Made by a program: the position numbers and the translations under genes
Notes under the pieces: model-generated
Told to the model about the DNA's origin: nothing
Seen by the model: the letters and a program-made list of their open reading frames with translations, nothing else
Database searches by the model: none
Assembly: GCA_030765645.1 (NCBI GenBank)
Contig: JAVCCE010000074.1
Span: 41,551-105,550, forward strand
Direction of reading: 5' to 3'
DNA length: 64,000 bases
Origin: Candidatus Hinthialibacter antarcticus
GTDB lineage: Bacteria; Hinthialibacterota; Hinthialibacteria; Hinthialibacterales; Hinthialibacteraceae
Shown: positions 29,101 to 37,676 of the stretch, one piece after another
How positions within the stretch are numbered: position 1 is the stretch's first letter
Layout: every line of letters starts with the position of its first letter

Positions 29101-29400
29101 GAACGCGTTGATTAAGTCGGTAAATTGTGCGCCGAGCTCGGCCTGAGGATCAACCTGGCGGCATTGTTCAAACAGGCCCGATTGTTGAGCGAGCAGCTGT
29201 TGTTTGTAGGTCGTCGCCGGGACCGGCGTCCGGCTCTGTCGCGAACGGTTATTATTCTGTGAACCGCCCGCAAGCAAAGCCGGCGCTGACTTTAACACAA
29301 CAATGGAATGCAATGATTGACCGCCGGAGTAAGGCAGCGACCATACGCTGAGCGTCCCCAAAAAAAGACACAGGGACAGCCCCAATACAAAAACTTTCAT
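26176..29400 (-). CDS. Secreted subtilisin-family (S8) serine peptidase, multidomain, 1074 aa.
   Basis: Signal peptide. 'VFIAIIDSGVD' holds the Asp. 'HGSNVASI' holds the His. 'GTSQASPRVAGLAAL' holds the Ser. An inserted PA-like domain and long C-terminal beta-rich regions. SD GGAG with a 6-nt spacer before the ATG. Confidence 0.85.
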   Translation of the reverse strand: MKVFVLGLSLCLFLGTLSVWSLPYSGGQSLHSIVVLKSAPALLAGGSQNNNRSRQSRTPVPATTYKQQLLAQQSGLFEQCRQVDPQAELGAQFTDLINAFSVRMNAEALGELREHPDVKYISRVKTYKPTLTQSGQLMRLPEAYEKFEFGDNAGEGVFIAIIDSGVDATHPAFEGDGYEYPEGFPKGNADFTNKKIIAARVFPPGFGQQGDTTLFDRDGHGSNVASISAANLDVKSPLGFLSGVAPRAYLGNYKIFTTDGASSEQIIAAIEAAVSDGADVLNMSFGFSAFDEPHHSAELDAVRNAVAAGAVAVIAAQNEGRAFTIGAPAQVEEAITVGAITNSHRANGTIDQYALRVSLWVNGEPVITEEQANFGSPSDASASSGFYTEPIIGAFSVVDADTLDGGAFGGDLDGRACNDFPAGASASDWVLVQRGECQFVDKAARVQAIGGRGVLFYQNDRPDSELIIPDSENLSVPVVLVGRDFGLAIKEALSNGDKATIEVIGGPVSDQPFTSNRMATFSSLGPSAEYSFKPDVSAIGAGSFGATQNDQDFPGSQFTAGGFRWVDGTSQASPRVAGLAALVRQLHPNWPPDWVKSAIVISTANTAKNSNGSREANAMETGAGRVDAFAAGEVDTIVLPPKLGFGRLTLSDSGSVERYLRIVNASAQECEYVITPVRFNNALSVELSDDSFTLPPGEKIEIKATASASSPSGLTDLEQRLQLSNLTTGLNYSIACWMRTVPAPGPQSVLLVDDDNGESFEETYMGWLDAIERTYVHWDVDGKDDYPTANYMHGFDAVVWVQSGKSFNAVGDPSSDAFVIAWNPQHLFETELQRYLGEGGALLHSGQDYFDQKDDSTLAAEAYGVRMAVHDQGASTIAGVSGNPVGEGVASFSMNYSNGLEDFVDMVRPIGSRGTAETAFTSNGSSSRSVGVTIEGCNYRAVFLAFPLEAAPDESGQQILRNSLDWLDEASFAPAQVVSIVPDEIDLDTETGPFFLSIDGEGFTYGDGYRAWFDSVPMEDVFQLDCNRVEGVLPADLQPGVYTLTLSAGNGRTLRLENALTVKAEAKTPDWFLH

Positions 29401-29462
29401 TCACATCTCCAATCGTTCAAGGTTCTGTAGCGATTGTTAAACGATGTTCGGTCAGCGCGCCC

Positions 29463-29520
29463 GAAGGGCTTCGCGATAGATCAATTGACGAAAACTCAAT
29501 CCGAACACAAATCTGACAAC
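29463..29520. repeat. 58-bp dispersed repeat, copy 1 of 2 (the other at 60865-60920, about 80% identity).
   Basis: GCGATAGATcaattgacgAAAACTCAATCCGaACACaaaTCTGaCAACCACTATAAAA read against GCGATAGATaccgttacggAAACTCAATCCGcACAgtatTCTGgCAACCACTATAAAA. Confidence 0.55.
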
Positions 29521-29553
29521 CACTATAAAAAAGAACCCGACCGACGCGAGAGG

Positions 29554-30771
29554 TTAGTCATTCACCAAATCAAATTCTTCACATAAGGCGCGGACGGCAA
29601 GTTCGGTATAATTTTCGTCGATGACGCACGAGATTTTTATCTCCGACGTACTAATCATCAAAATATTGATGCCTTTCGCCGCCAGTATATTGAACATGCG
29701 CGACGCCACGCCAGCGTGAGCTTTCATGCCGACGCCGACGACCGAAATTTTTGCAATCTTATCGCCATAGGTGATTTCTTTGGCGTTAATGACCTCCCGC
29801 AACTCGGCTTCGTTCTTTTTAATATACGGCAAATCGGTACGCTCTACCGTAAAGGATATATCAGCGCGACCATTTTCGCCCACATTTTGAACGATCATAT
29901 CGACGTTTATATTGAGTTGGGTGAGGTGAGAGAACAATTTAGCCGCCATCCCCGGCTCATCGGCGATGCCCGAGAAGGTCACTTTGGCTTCTTTGGTGTT
30001 ATGTATAACTGCGCTAACGACGACATTTTCCATGGTATGAACCTCCTGGGTAATCATGGTTCCGGGCTTATCTTCAAAACTCGAAAGCACTTGAAGGGGG
30101 ACGTTATATTTCGCGGCGAACTGCACCGACCGCGTGTGAAGAACCTTGGCGCCGGTTGACGCCATTTCCAACATTTCTTCGTAGGACAATTCGTTAATTT
30201 TTTTCACATTTGGAACAATGCGCGGATCGGTGGCGTAGACGCCGTCTACGTCGGTGTAGATGTCGCAGCGTTCTGCATTAAGCACCGCCGCCAGCGCAAC
30301 CGCCGTAGTGTCAGACCCGCCGCGACCCAGCGTGGTGATTTCCCACTCGCCGGTCACGCCCTGAAACCCGGCGACGACTACGATCTTGCCCGCGTCGAGT
30401 TCCTTACGGATTTTGGCGTCGTCAATGCTTAAGAGTTTGGCTTTGCTGTGGATTTCGTCCGTGCGCATATTAATCTGCGGCGCCAGAAACGAAATCGCAG
30501 GCTTGCCCAATTTTTCGCAAGCCATCGCCATCAGCGCGATAGACGCCTGCTCGCCCGACGCCGCCAGCATATCGCGCTCGCGCGGCGACCCGGCGGGATC
30601 AATCTCATTGGCGAGGTTTAACAGACGGTCGGTCTCGCCCGCCATCGCGGAAACCGCCACAACCACCTGATGGCCCCGCTCCATTTCACGCACCGCCCGA
30701 CTGGCGGCGTTTAAGATTTTGGCGGTGTCGCCCACTGACGTCCCGCCAAACTTTTGCACGATGATCGACAT
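29554..30771 (-). CDS. lysC: Aspartate kinase.
   Basis: 'IVQKFGGTSVGD' kinase N-terminus. 'GRGGSDTTAVALAA'. Two C-terminal ACT domains. 405 aa. Confidence 0.9.
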   Translation of the reverse strand: MSIIVQKFGGTSVGDTAKILNAASRAVREMERGHQVVVAVSAMAGETDRLLNLANEIDPAGSPRERDMLAASGEQASIALMAMACEKLGKPAISFLAPQINMRTDEIHSKAKLLSIDDAKIRKELDAGKIVVVAGFQGVTGEWEITTLGRGGSDTTAVALAAVLNAERCDIYTDVDGVYATDPRIVPNVKKINELSYEEMLEMASTGAKVLHTRSVQFAAKYNVPLQVLSSFEDKPGTMITQEVHTMENVVVSAVIHNTKEAKVTFSGIADEPGMAAKLFSHLTQLNINVDMIVQNVGENGRADISFTVERTDLPYIKKNEAELREVINAKEITYGDKIAKISVVGVGMKAHAGVASRMFNILAAKGINILMISTSEIKISCVIDENYTELAVRALCEEFDLVND

Positions 30772-30821
30772 GCTGGGTTCCTCTATTCTATGAGATCGGT
30801 AAATAGTGAATTCCCATTCGA

Positions 30822-32054
30822 TTATGCCTGAATCGAATAGGTCTTAATGGTTTCATCTTCGATATTGATTTTTTCCGCCAGCGCATCCAGAAGCCGAAAT
30901 CCGCGCAGGACCTTCTGGCTGCGTTGATTGACCGCCCACTCCGAATATCCGCCTTCGCCCTTCACTTCAGGAGAGCGGCTGTCATACAGCAAAAACGGCA
31001 CGGGGTCGTCATTGTGAGTACGGATCGAGATCGGCGTGGGGTGGTCGGGCAACAACAGCACACGAAAATCTTCGCCGCGCCCGCGCAGTCCATCAATCAG
31101 AATGCGCAACATGCGCTGGTCAAAATCATGGACGCTTTGGGTTTTCATTTTCAAGTCGCCCGCATGGCCCATCTCGTCGGTGCTTTCAACATGGACGATC
31201 ACGAAATCGTCTTTCTGCAAGACTTCCAACGCGGCTTCGGCTTTGCCTTCATAATTGGTGTCGGGCAATCCAGTCGCGCCCTCGACGTATTTAATTTCCA
31301 GCCCGGCGAGAAAGCCGATGCCGCGAATCAAATCAACAGCGGTGATGACGCCGCCGCGTAAGCCGATGCGTTCTGAATACGGTTGCAGACTCGGCGCAGG
31401 GCCTTGGCCCCACAGCCAAATCTGGGTCGCAGCAGGCTTGCCCGCAGCCAGCCGCGCTTGATTGACGGGATGCCCATCAAACACCGCGATGGATTTCTCC
31501 ATCAAGCCGCGTACGAAATCCTGCGAGCCGCCCTGGGGAAGATAAAGCGCAATATCTTTATCGAGAATATCGTGCGGCGGGGTGCATTTGACCTCGCCGT
31601 TTGACGCCGCCGTCTGCATGATATGGCGATATTGAACGCCAGGATGAAACAGGACGCCATCAGCAGACAGCGCCTCGTTGAGGCTCTTGACTAACGCCTC
31701 CGCCTCTTCGGTGGAGATATGCCCGGCGGTGAATTCTTTCATCTTGCCGTCGGCAATGGTGACCAGGTTGCAGCGATAGGCGAAATCGTCGCCCAGTTCG
31801 ATGCCCAGGCTGGCAGCTTCGAGCGGCGCGCGTCCCGAATAGATTTCAGCGGGGTTGTAGCCGAAGATCGACAGACACGCCACGTCGCTGCCGGGGTGCA
31901 TCCCGTCCGGGGTGTTCTGCGCCCAGCCCACTTGTCCGCAGTTGGCGAGTTCGTCCATCAGCGGAGAGTCGGCGGCGGCCAGCGGCGTTTGCCGGTTGGG
32001 AAAATCGCTAACCGTATCTGACGCGCCGTCGGGAATCGCAATGATATATTTCAT
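30822..32054 (-). CDS. Cofactor-independent phosphoglycerate-mutase-like protein (ApgM / alkaline-phosphatase superfamily); probable non-canonical homoserine kinase given its hom-X-lysC operon context.
   Basis: 'MKYIIAIPDGASD' metal-binding N-terminus. 'HVESTDEMGHAGD' and 'LLPDHPTP' alkaline-phosphatase-core motifs. Sits between hom and lysC on one strand. Confidence 0.65.
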   Translation of the reverse strand: MKYIIAIPDGASDTVSDFPNRQTPLAAADSPLMDELANCGQVGWAQNTPDGMHPGSDVACLSIFGYNPAEIYSGRAPLEAASLGIELGDDFAYRCNLVTIADGKMKEFTAGHISTEEAEALVKSLNEALSADGVLFHPGVQYRHIMQTAASNGEVKCTPPHDILDKDIALYLPQGGSQDFVRGLMEKSIAVFDGHPVNQARLAAGKPAATQIWLWGQGPAPSLQPYSERIGLRGGVITAVDLIRGIGFLAGLEIKYVEGATGLPDTNYEGKAEAALEVLQKDDFVIVHVESTDEMGHAGDLKMKTQSVHDFDQRMLRILIDGLRGRGEDFRVLLLPDHPTPISIRTHNDDPVPFLLYDSRSPEVKGEGGYSEWAVNQRSQKVLRGFRLLDALAEKINIEDETIKTYSIQA

Positions 32055-32084
32055 TTGGATCCAATCTCCAAAATCGGGTTCGGT

Positions 32085-33386
32085 TTACGCCTTCACGTCG
32101 TTCAGGTCGGCGATGCGAATCACCGTCGGCGGTGCGAGCACCACATCAAGCGCGTCGATTTTTTTCAGCGCCTGCATGATGTCTCCTTCTTTGGCGTGGT
32201 GGGTCATGATGACCACCGGACATTGCTGCGCATTCGCAGACTCGAGTTGCAAGACCGACAGTATGCTGATGCCGCGCTCCGCCAGTTCATTGGCGATTTT
32301 TGCGAAGACGCCGGGTTTTTCTTTCACCAGAAAGCGCAGGTAATATTCTGACGCCACTTCGCTCATGGCGCGTAACGGCTTGGCGGGCGTATAAAAGTTT
32401 GAGTAATCCACCGGACGCCGCGCCTGCGCATCCAGCGCGCATTGAATCACGTCGCTGATGACGGCGTGCCCAGTCGGCTTGTCGCCCGCGCCGCGCCCAT
32501 ATTCGACGGTCATGCCAAGCCCGTCTGCGTACGTACAAACCGCGTTGAACACGCCTTTGACCGACGCCAAGAGATGCGACTCAGGGATAAACGTCGGGTG
32601 CACCCGCACATCGACCTCGCCGCCCAAGTCTTTGGCGACCGCCAGCAGTTTCAGGCAATAGCCCAACTTGCGGCCATACTCGATATCTTCAACGGTGATG
32701 TTGCCGATGCCCTGCGTGTAAACATCGCTCAGTTTGACTTCGGTGCCAAAACAGATCGACGCCAGCAGCGTGATTTTATGCGCCGCGTCATTGCCTTCCA
32801 CGTCGTAGGTAGGGTCGAGTTCGGCGTAACCGAGTTCTTGCGCTTCTTTGAGCACCACATCGAAAGGCCGGTTGGCTTCTTCCATAGTGGTGAGAATGTA
32901 ATTACTGGTTCCATTGATAATGGCGTAGATTTCATCAATCTTGGCCGACGCCAGGCCGCCGTACAGCGACTGAATAATGGGAATGCCGCCGCCCACCGCG
33001 CCTTCGAAATAGATTTTGCGCTGATTGTCTTCGGCGAGTTTAAACAGTTCGGCGCCGTGCGTCGCCAGCAGCGCCTTGTTGGCGGTGACCACGTCTTTCT
33101 TATTGTTTAACGCGCCGATGACGAATTCTTTGGCAATGGTATCGCCGCCGATGAGTTCGACGACGCAGTCAACCTCGGGGTCGTTGATAATTTCCCAGCC
33201 ATCGGTGGTGGTTTTGACCTTTGACAAATCAACGCCGCGGTCGGTGGTCAGATCGAGGTCTGCCGCCGCATATAACACAACATCCGTCCCTGCGCGTTTT
33301 GTGATTTGATCGGCGTTTTGCAGCAACGTCTTGGCCGAACCCGCACCGACGGTTCCAAGTCCAATCAATCCAACCCGATATGCCAT
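32085..33386 (-). CDS. hom: Homoserine dehydrogenase with C-terminal ACT domain.
   Basis: 'YRVGLIGLGTVGAG' Rossmann motif. 'ANKALLA' catalytic region. C-terminal ACT ('QCPVVIMTHHAKEGDIMQALKKIDAL'). Confidence 0.9.
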   Translation of the reverse strand: MAYRVGLIGLGTVGAGSAKTLLQNADQITKRAGTDVVLYAAADLDLTTDRGVDLSKVKTTTDGWEIINDPEVDCVVELIGGDTIAKEFVIGALNNKKDVVTANKALLATHGAELFKLAEDNQRKIYFEGAVGGGIPIIQSLYGGLASAKIDEIYAIINGTSNYILTTMEEANRPFDVVLKEAQELGYAELDPTYDVEGNDAAHKITLLASICFGTEVKLSDVYTQGIGNITVEDIEYGRKLGYCLKLLAVAKDLGGEVDVRVHPTFIPESHLLASVKGVFNAVCTYADGLGMTVEYGRGAGDKPTGHAVISDVIQCALDAQARRPVDYSNFYTPAKPLRAMSEVASEYYLRFLVKEKPGVFAKIANELAERGISILSVLQLESANAQQCPVVIMTHHAKEGDIMQALKKIDALDVVLAPPTVIRIADLNDVKA

Positions 33387-33590
33387 AATTCACCTTTTGA
33401 TTTCGAGAGAGTGACAGCTAGTTTATCTTGGGGGGGCTAATCATTGAAGGAGAAGCGAATTACATAAAAAAATCTAAAGATATTCTGTTTGAACCGAAGC
33501 AAGTAGAGTTGCGCCCATGCCAAGAGCGACAACATGCTAGCCTTATTGAGATTCTTTCCAGGAGAAATAGCGGTAAAACCGCGCCGTCGG

Positions 33591-33619
33591 TTGACAGCGC
33601 CACGGCTGGATTTATGATA
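33591..33619 (+). promoter_or_regulatory. Sigma70-like promoter for tRNA-Cys.
   Basis: TTGACA (33591-33596), then 16 nt, then TATGAT (33613-33618). The tRNA starts about 25 nt downstream. Confidence 0.4.
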
Positions 33620-33643
33620 ATTGGCTCATCTGTTTGACATATC

Positions 33644-33714
33644 GGCGGCTTAGCCAAGTGGTAAGGCAGAGGACTGCAAATTCTCTATCCCCGGTTCGAA
33701 TCCGGGAGCCGCCT
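33644..33714 (+). tRNA. tRNA-Cys (anticodon GCA).
   Basis: Acceptor stem GGCGGCT/AGCCGCC, D-arm 'TAGCCAAGTGGTAAGGC', anticodon stem GAGGA/TTCTC with loop CTGCAAA, T-arm CCGGGTTCGAATCCCGG, discriminator T. CCA is not encoded. Confidence 0.85.
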
Positions 33715-33763
33715 TTTCTCCTATCTGCACCAGATAGAGCCTACAACGATAGCGCGTATTCGA

Positions 33764-35080
33764 CTATGTGATATCCTCTTCCTCATCACCTTCCTCCACG
33801 TCATCTAGTGCGGTAGGAAAATTAATCAATTTTGATGCTTCTGAATTTGGTAATTGCTCAACCGTGCGCAAAGCTCTCTCCATTGCCCGTCTCCTCACAT
33901 CAGTCCTTTCAACAGTTTTGGTTGCAGTATTTAACTGTTTTTTTATCTTTTCCAATACATCGCCAAACTTACCAAATTCTGTCTTAACCGCACCCAATAC
34001 CCTCCAAACCTCTACCGCCTGTTGTTCAATGGCTAACGTCTGAAATCCCATGCGAAGGCTGCTCAGGAGCGCCGCCAAAGTAGTGGGGCCTGCAATGACA
34101 ACCCGGTATCGATTCTGAAGATCTGCAACAACGTCTGGCTGCCGAAGAATCTCTGCGTATAAACCCTCCGTCGCTAGAAACATAATTCCAAAGTCAGTTG
34201 TGTAAGGCGGATTAACATACTTATCATGGATGTCTTTTGCGGCGACTCGAACTGCCTTCGCCAAGCCGTCTACCGCCGACTGGACAGAATCTAGATCGGC
34301 TGTGTCTGCTGCTTCTTGGAGACGATTATAGTCTTCCTGTGGAAATTTCGAATCAATCGGAAGCCAAATACAAGCCTCGGGATCATCTTTAGGCCCTGGC
34401 AATCGAACGGCAAACTCAACCCGCTCTTGTGAATTCTCCTTAACCTGGACATTCTTTGCGAATTGTTCTGGATTAAGAATCTGCTCTAAGATCGCTCCAA
34501 GTTGGACCTCGGCCCACGTTCCGCGCGCTTTCACATTGGTCAGAACCCTCTTTAAGTCTCCAACGCCCGTGGCTAATTTTTGCATCTCCCCTAAACCAGT
34601 ATGCACAGCCTCAAGTCTTTCACTCACCTGTTTGAATGACTCACCAAGCCGTTTTTCTAAAGTTGCGTGTAACTTCTCATCCACGGTCTTGCGCATCTGT
34701 TCGAGTTTTTTTTCATTATTTTCCTGAAGCTCTTTGACTCGGGAATCAAATGTCGTCCGAATCCGTTCCAATGTTGCATGATTGGATTCGGTTAATTCCT
34801 TCAGCTGTTTCGTCATCGAATCAAGTCGCTCTTTTTGGACTTTTCCTAGACTGTCCAATGTTCTTGATAGCATATCGTTCGTTGACTTAAGCCCAGCCGA
34901 TACTTCTTCTCGTAATTCTTTACCCGAGTTTCTTGATTCTTCTCGCCCGAGTCGAAGTTCTTCGCGCACTTCTTTCCCAACTTCTTTCAGACCTTTTGGC
35001 CCTCTAGCGATCAATACAATTACAGCGATCAAAGTTAACGCGGCGATGATTAGGGTCAGCAGCAGCAGGTCTTCATTCAT
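33764..35080 (-). CDS. rmuC: DNA recombination protein RmuC.
   Basis: N-terminal TM helix, a long coiled-coil with many 'EL..E' heptads, and a C-terminal RmuC nuclease-like region ('GIMFLATEGLYAEILRQPDV', 'RVVIAGPTTLAALLSSL'). Confidence 0.8.
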   Translation of the reverse strand: MNEDLLLLTLIIAALTLIAVIVLIARGPKGLKEVGKEVREELRLGREESRNSGKELREEVSAGLKSTNDMLSRTLDSLGKVQKERLDSMTKQLKELTESNHATLERIRTTFDSRVKELQENNEKKLEQMRKTVDEKLHATLEKRLGESFKQVSERLEAVHTGLGEMQKLATGVGDLKRVLTNVKARGTWAEVQLGAILEQILNPEQFAKNVQVKENSQERVEFAVRLPGPKDDPEACIWLPIDSKFPQEDYNRLQEAADTADLDSVQSAVDGLAKAVRVAAKDIHDKYVNPPYTTDFGIMFLATEGLYAEILRQPDVVADLQNRYRVVIAGPTTLAALLSSLRMGFQTLAIEQQAVEVWRVLGAVKTEFGKFGDVLEKIKKQLNTATKTVERTDVRRRAMERALRTVEQLPNSEASKLINFPTALDDVEEGDEEEDIT

Positions 35081-35252
35081 TGTTTTTCACCGATTTAGTC
35101 GTTGGGGAATTTCGTATTAATGAAGAAAACAGGAATAAAAAACAGTATTTCACCAAATATTTTTCAAACTTCAGTCCCCCATTTTAAACCCCACCCATAG
35201 ATGTCTCATATCGTAAAAATAAAGTCAAGCACTTTTTTTGAAAAACAGATTT

Positions 35253-35316
35253 CTTCAAGGGCTGAACCTGCCTGCGGCAAGCAGGTTCGCTACGCTCATT
35301 CTTGCCCTTACCACCC
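35253..35316. repeat. REP (motif-2 ends, reverse orientation) with the CCTGCCTGCGGCAAGCAGG palindrome inserted in its loop.
   Basis: CTTCAAGGGCTGAACctgcctgcggcaagcaggttcgctacgctcATTCTTGCCCTTACCACCC. Its ends match 18976-19012 and the reverse complement of 18345-18388. Confidence 0.6.
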
Positions 35317-35343
35317 CGCCATTGATACGAGTTTACAGTCCTG

Positions 35344-35423
35344 GCGTGGGGGCGCCTCTGTGAGCGCCTGTGCAGAAGGGCATGAAAACCCGCACCGAAG
35401 CGAAAAGAGACGTACCCACGCCA
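35344..35423. repeat. 80-nt structured repeat unit, copy 2 of 3 (terminal IR GGCGTGGG / CCCACGCC).
   Basis: The core 'GGGGCGCCTCTGTGAGCGCCTGTGCAGAAGGGCATGAAAACCCGCACCGAAGCGA' aligns with 60957-61005 and the reverse complement of 5545-5593. Confidence 0.55.
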
Positions 35424-35452
35424 GTGCCGATTGTTTGCCCTTATACATCACA

Positions 35453-35497
35453 CAATCAACCGCCGTCTTGTTTCCAAGGCGGCGGTTGATTGTTTTA
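35453..35497. terminator. 13-bp-stem hairpin (CAATCAACCGCCG / CGGCGGTTGATTG) downstream of argF. The T-run is on the plus-strand side only.
   Basis: Read directly. It may terminate the arg operon (minus strand) as a U-tract-less hairpin, or act bidirectionally. Confidence 0.35.
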
Positions 35498-35511
35498 TAT
35501 GAATTGGATTT

Positions 35512-36447
35512 TTACGCTGATTGATCGAAGAGGTATTTCATCAACGCTTTTTGGGTGTGCAGGCGGTTTTCAGCTTGCTCAAAGACGACTGAGCGGTCGG
35601 ATTCTAACACACCGTCGGTAATCTCTTCGCCGCGATGCGCGGGCAGGCAGTGCATCACCACCGCATGATTCGGCGCCTGGCTCAGCAAGCCCTCGTTCAC
35701 CTGATAACCCTGAAACACGCGCTTGCGCTCGTCGGTTTCTTTTTCCTGCCCCATGCTAGTCCACACGTCGGTGTAAATCGCGTCAGCGCTCTTCACTGCC
35801 TTGACCGGGTCGAGTTCAAAGGTGATCGCCCCGCCCCAATCGTGCGACATTTCGCGCCCCTGCCAGGTCATCGACGGGTCTGGCTCATAACCGCTGGGCG
35901 TACACACCGTCAAATGGAAGCCGAGCAGCCCGGCGATGAGAATCAGCGAATTGCATACGTTGTTGCCATCGCCGATGAAGGTCAGGTTGAAACCTTCCAG
36001 ATCGCCGCGCTCGCGCAGGCAGTCCCAAACGGTAAACAGGTCGGCAATCGCCTGACACGGGTGGCCTTCGTCTGACAGCGCGTTAATGACTGGAATGTCC
36101 GCATACTTGGCAAGGTCCATAATCGACTGCTGCGAAAACACGCGCGCGACCACCAAATCGACCCAGCGCGCCAGGTTGCGGGCCACATCTTTGACCGGCT
36201 CGCGCTTGCCCAGGTTGATATCCTGGTTGGTCAAATACACGGAATAGCCGCCCAACTGTTGAATGCCTGCCTCGAAAGTGACCTTGGTGCGCAACGATTG
36301 CTTTTCGTTAATCATCGCCATGGTCTTGCCTTCGAGCGCTTTAGAAAATGCGCGCGGATCGGCTTTCATTTCAGCGGACAGTTGAAAGATCGCGAGTAAA
36401 TCTTCGCGGTTTAGGTCGGTAATGAGTCTCAGGTCGCGTTTTTTCAT
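35512..36447 (-). CDS. argF: Ornithine carbamoyltransferase.
   Basis: 'STRTR'-equivalent 'SLRTKVTFE' carbamoyl-phosphate site. 'HCLPAHRGEE' ornithine-binding HCLP motif. Start at 'MKKRDL', adjacent to the argD stop. Confidence 0.9.
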   Translation of the reverse strand: MKKRDLRLITDLNREDLLAIFQLSAEMKADPRAFSKALEGKTMAMINEKQSLRTKVTFEAGIQQLGGYSVYLTNQDINLGKREPVKDVARNLARWVDLVVARVFSQQSIMDLAKYADIPVINALSDEGHPCQAIADLFTVWDCLRERGDLEGFNLTFIGDGNNVCNSLILIAGLLGFHLTVCTPSGYEPDPSMTWQGREMSHDWGGAITFELDPVKAVKSADAIYTDVWTSMGQEKETDERKRVFQGYQVNEGLLSQAPNHAVVMHCLPAHRGEEITDGVLESDRSVVFEQAENRLHTQKALMKYLFDQSA

Positions 36448-37655
36448 GAGTGGTTCTCCAAAGATACAGTCAGGCAATCATCCAGCGCAGGCAATACGCC
36501 GAGTAACAAATCTTCATTCACAATTAACGGCGGCAGAAAACGCAGCACGTTCGGTCCCGCCGAACCAGCCAGGTAGCCCCGCTCACGCAGTTTTGACAGC
36601 AAGCCAGCAACGGGGCCGGTCATTTCAACGCCGATCATCAGCCCGCGCCCTCGCACCTCTTTGATGCAAGCATGTTTTGTCTTCATCAAGTTCAATTGGG
36701 CGCGAAACATCTCGCCCAGCCGTTTGCTGCGTTCAGCGAGATTGTCGTCGATGATGGTCAAAAACGCCGCCACCCCCGCCGCAGCCGCCAAGGGATTGCC
36801 GCCGAAGGTCGAAGCATGGGTCCCCGGCGTAAGCAATTCCGCCGCGTGGTCTTTCATCAACAACGCGCCCATCGGGACGCCGCCCGCCAGGCTCTTCGCC
36901 AATGCGATCAGGTCCGGCTCGACGCCGAATTCTTCGCTGGCGAACAAATGGCCCGCGCGCCCCAGGCCGCACTGCACTTCATCAAAGATCAACAACGCGC
37001 CAGTTTTGTCGCATAAGCGACGCGCCTCTTGCGCAAACTCAACGCTGACCGGATGGATGCCGCCCTCGCCCTGCACGGGTTCAAACAACACCGCGCAGGT
37101 GGAAGCGTCCACCGCGTTCGTTAACGCCTCGACGTCGTTGATGGGAACATGAACGAAGCCTTCCAACAAAGGCTCGAAGCCCTGGTGATATTTTTCTTGT
37201 CCGGTCGCGGCCAACGCGCCCATCGTGCGACCATGAAACGAATTTTGCAGCGCAACGATTTTGTGTTTGCCTTCGCCATGTTTTTCTTTTGAATATCGGC
37301 GGGAAAGTTTAATGCCCGCTTCGACGGCTTCGGCGCCGCTGTTGCAGAAAAACGCCTTGTCCGCGCCGCTGTGTTCAACCAGCAAACGCGCCAATTCGAT
37401 TTGTGGTTCGATTAGATAGAGATTGGAAACGTGCAGCAAGGTTTCAGCCTGCTTTTGAATCGCAGCAACCACCCTCGGGTGGCAATGGCCCAGGTTGTTC
37501 ACGCCCAAACCCGAAAGCAAGTCTGTATATCGCCGCCCCGTGTTGTCCCACACTTGTGCGCCTTCGCCGCGCACCAGACACAAATCACGGTGACCATAAT
37601 TGTTGCTCAATACAGCCGCAGCGGCATCCGCCGCCGATAGAGACGCCGTCGTCAT
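36444..37655 (-). CDS. argD: Acetylornithine aminotransferase (class-III PLP aminotransferase).
   Basis: 'LSGLGVNNLGHCHPRVV' and 'FDEVQCGLGRAGHLFA' contain the PLP-Lys region. Sits within the arg operon. Confidence 0.85.
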   Translation of the reverse strand: MTTASLSAADAAAAVLSNNYGHRDLCLVRGEGAQVWDNTGRRYTDLLSGLGVNNLGHCHPRVVAAIQKQAETLLHVSNLYLIEPQIELARLLVEHSGADKAFFCNSGAEAVEAGIKLSRRYSKEKHGEGKHKIVALQNSFHGRTMGALAATGQEKYHQGFEPLLEGFVHVPINDVEALTNAVDASTCAVLFEPVQGEGGIHPVSVEFAQEARRLCDKTGALLIFDEVQCGLGRAGHLFASEEFGVEPDLIALAKSLAGGVPMGALLMKDHAAELLTPGTHASTFGGNPLAAAAGVAAFLTIIDDNLAERSKRLGEMFRAQLNLMKTKHACIKEVRGRGLMIGVEMTGPVAGLLSKLRERGYLAGSAGPNVLRFLPPLIVNEDLLLGVLPALDDCLTVSLENHS

Positions 37656-37676
37656 GGCGTCGCCCTCCCTTCGGTT

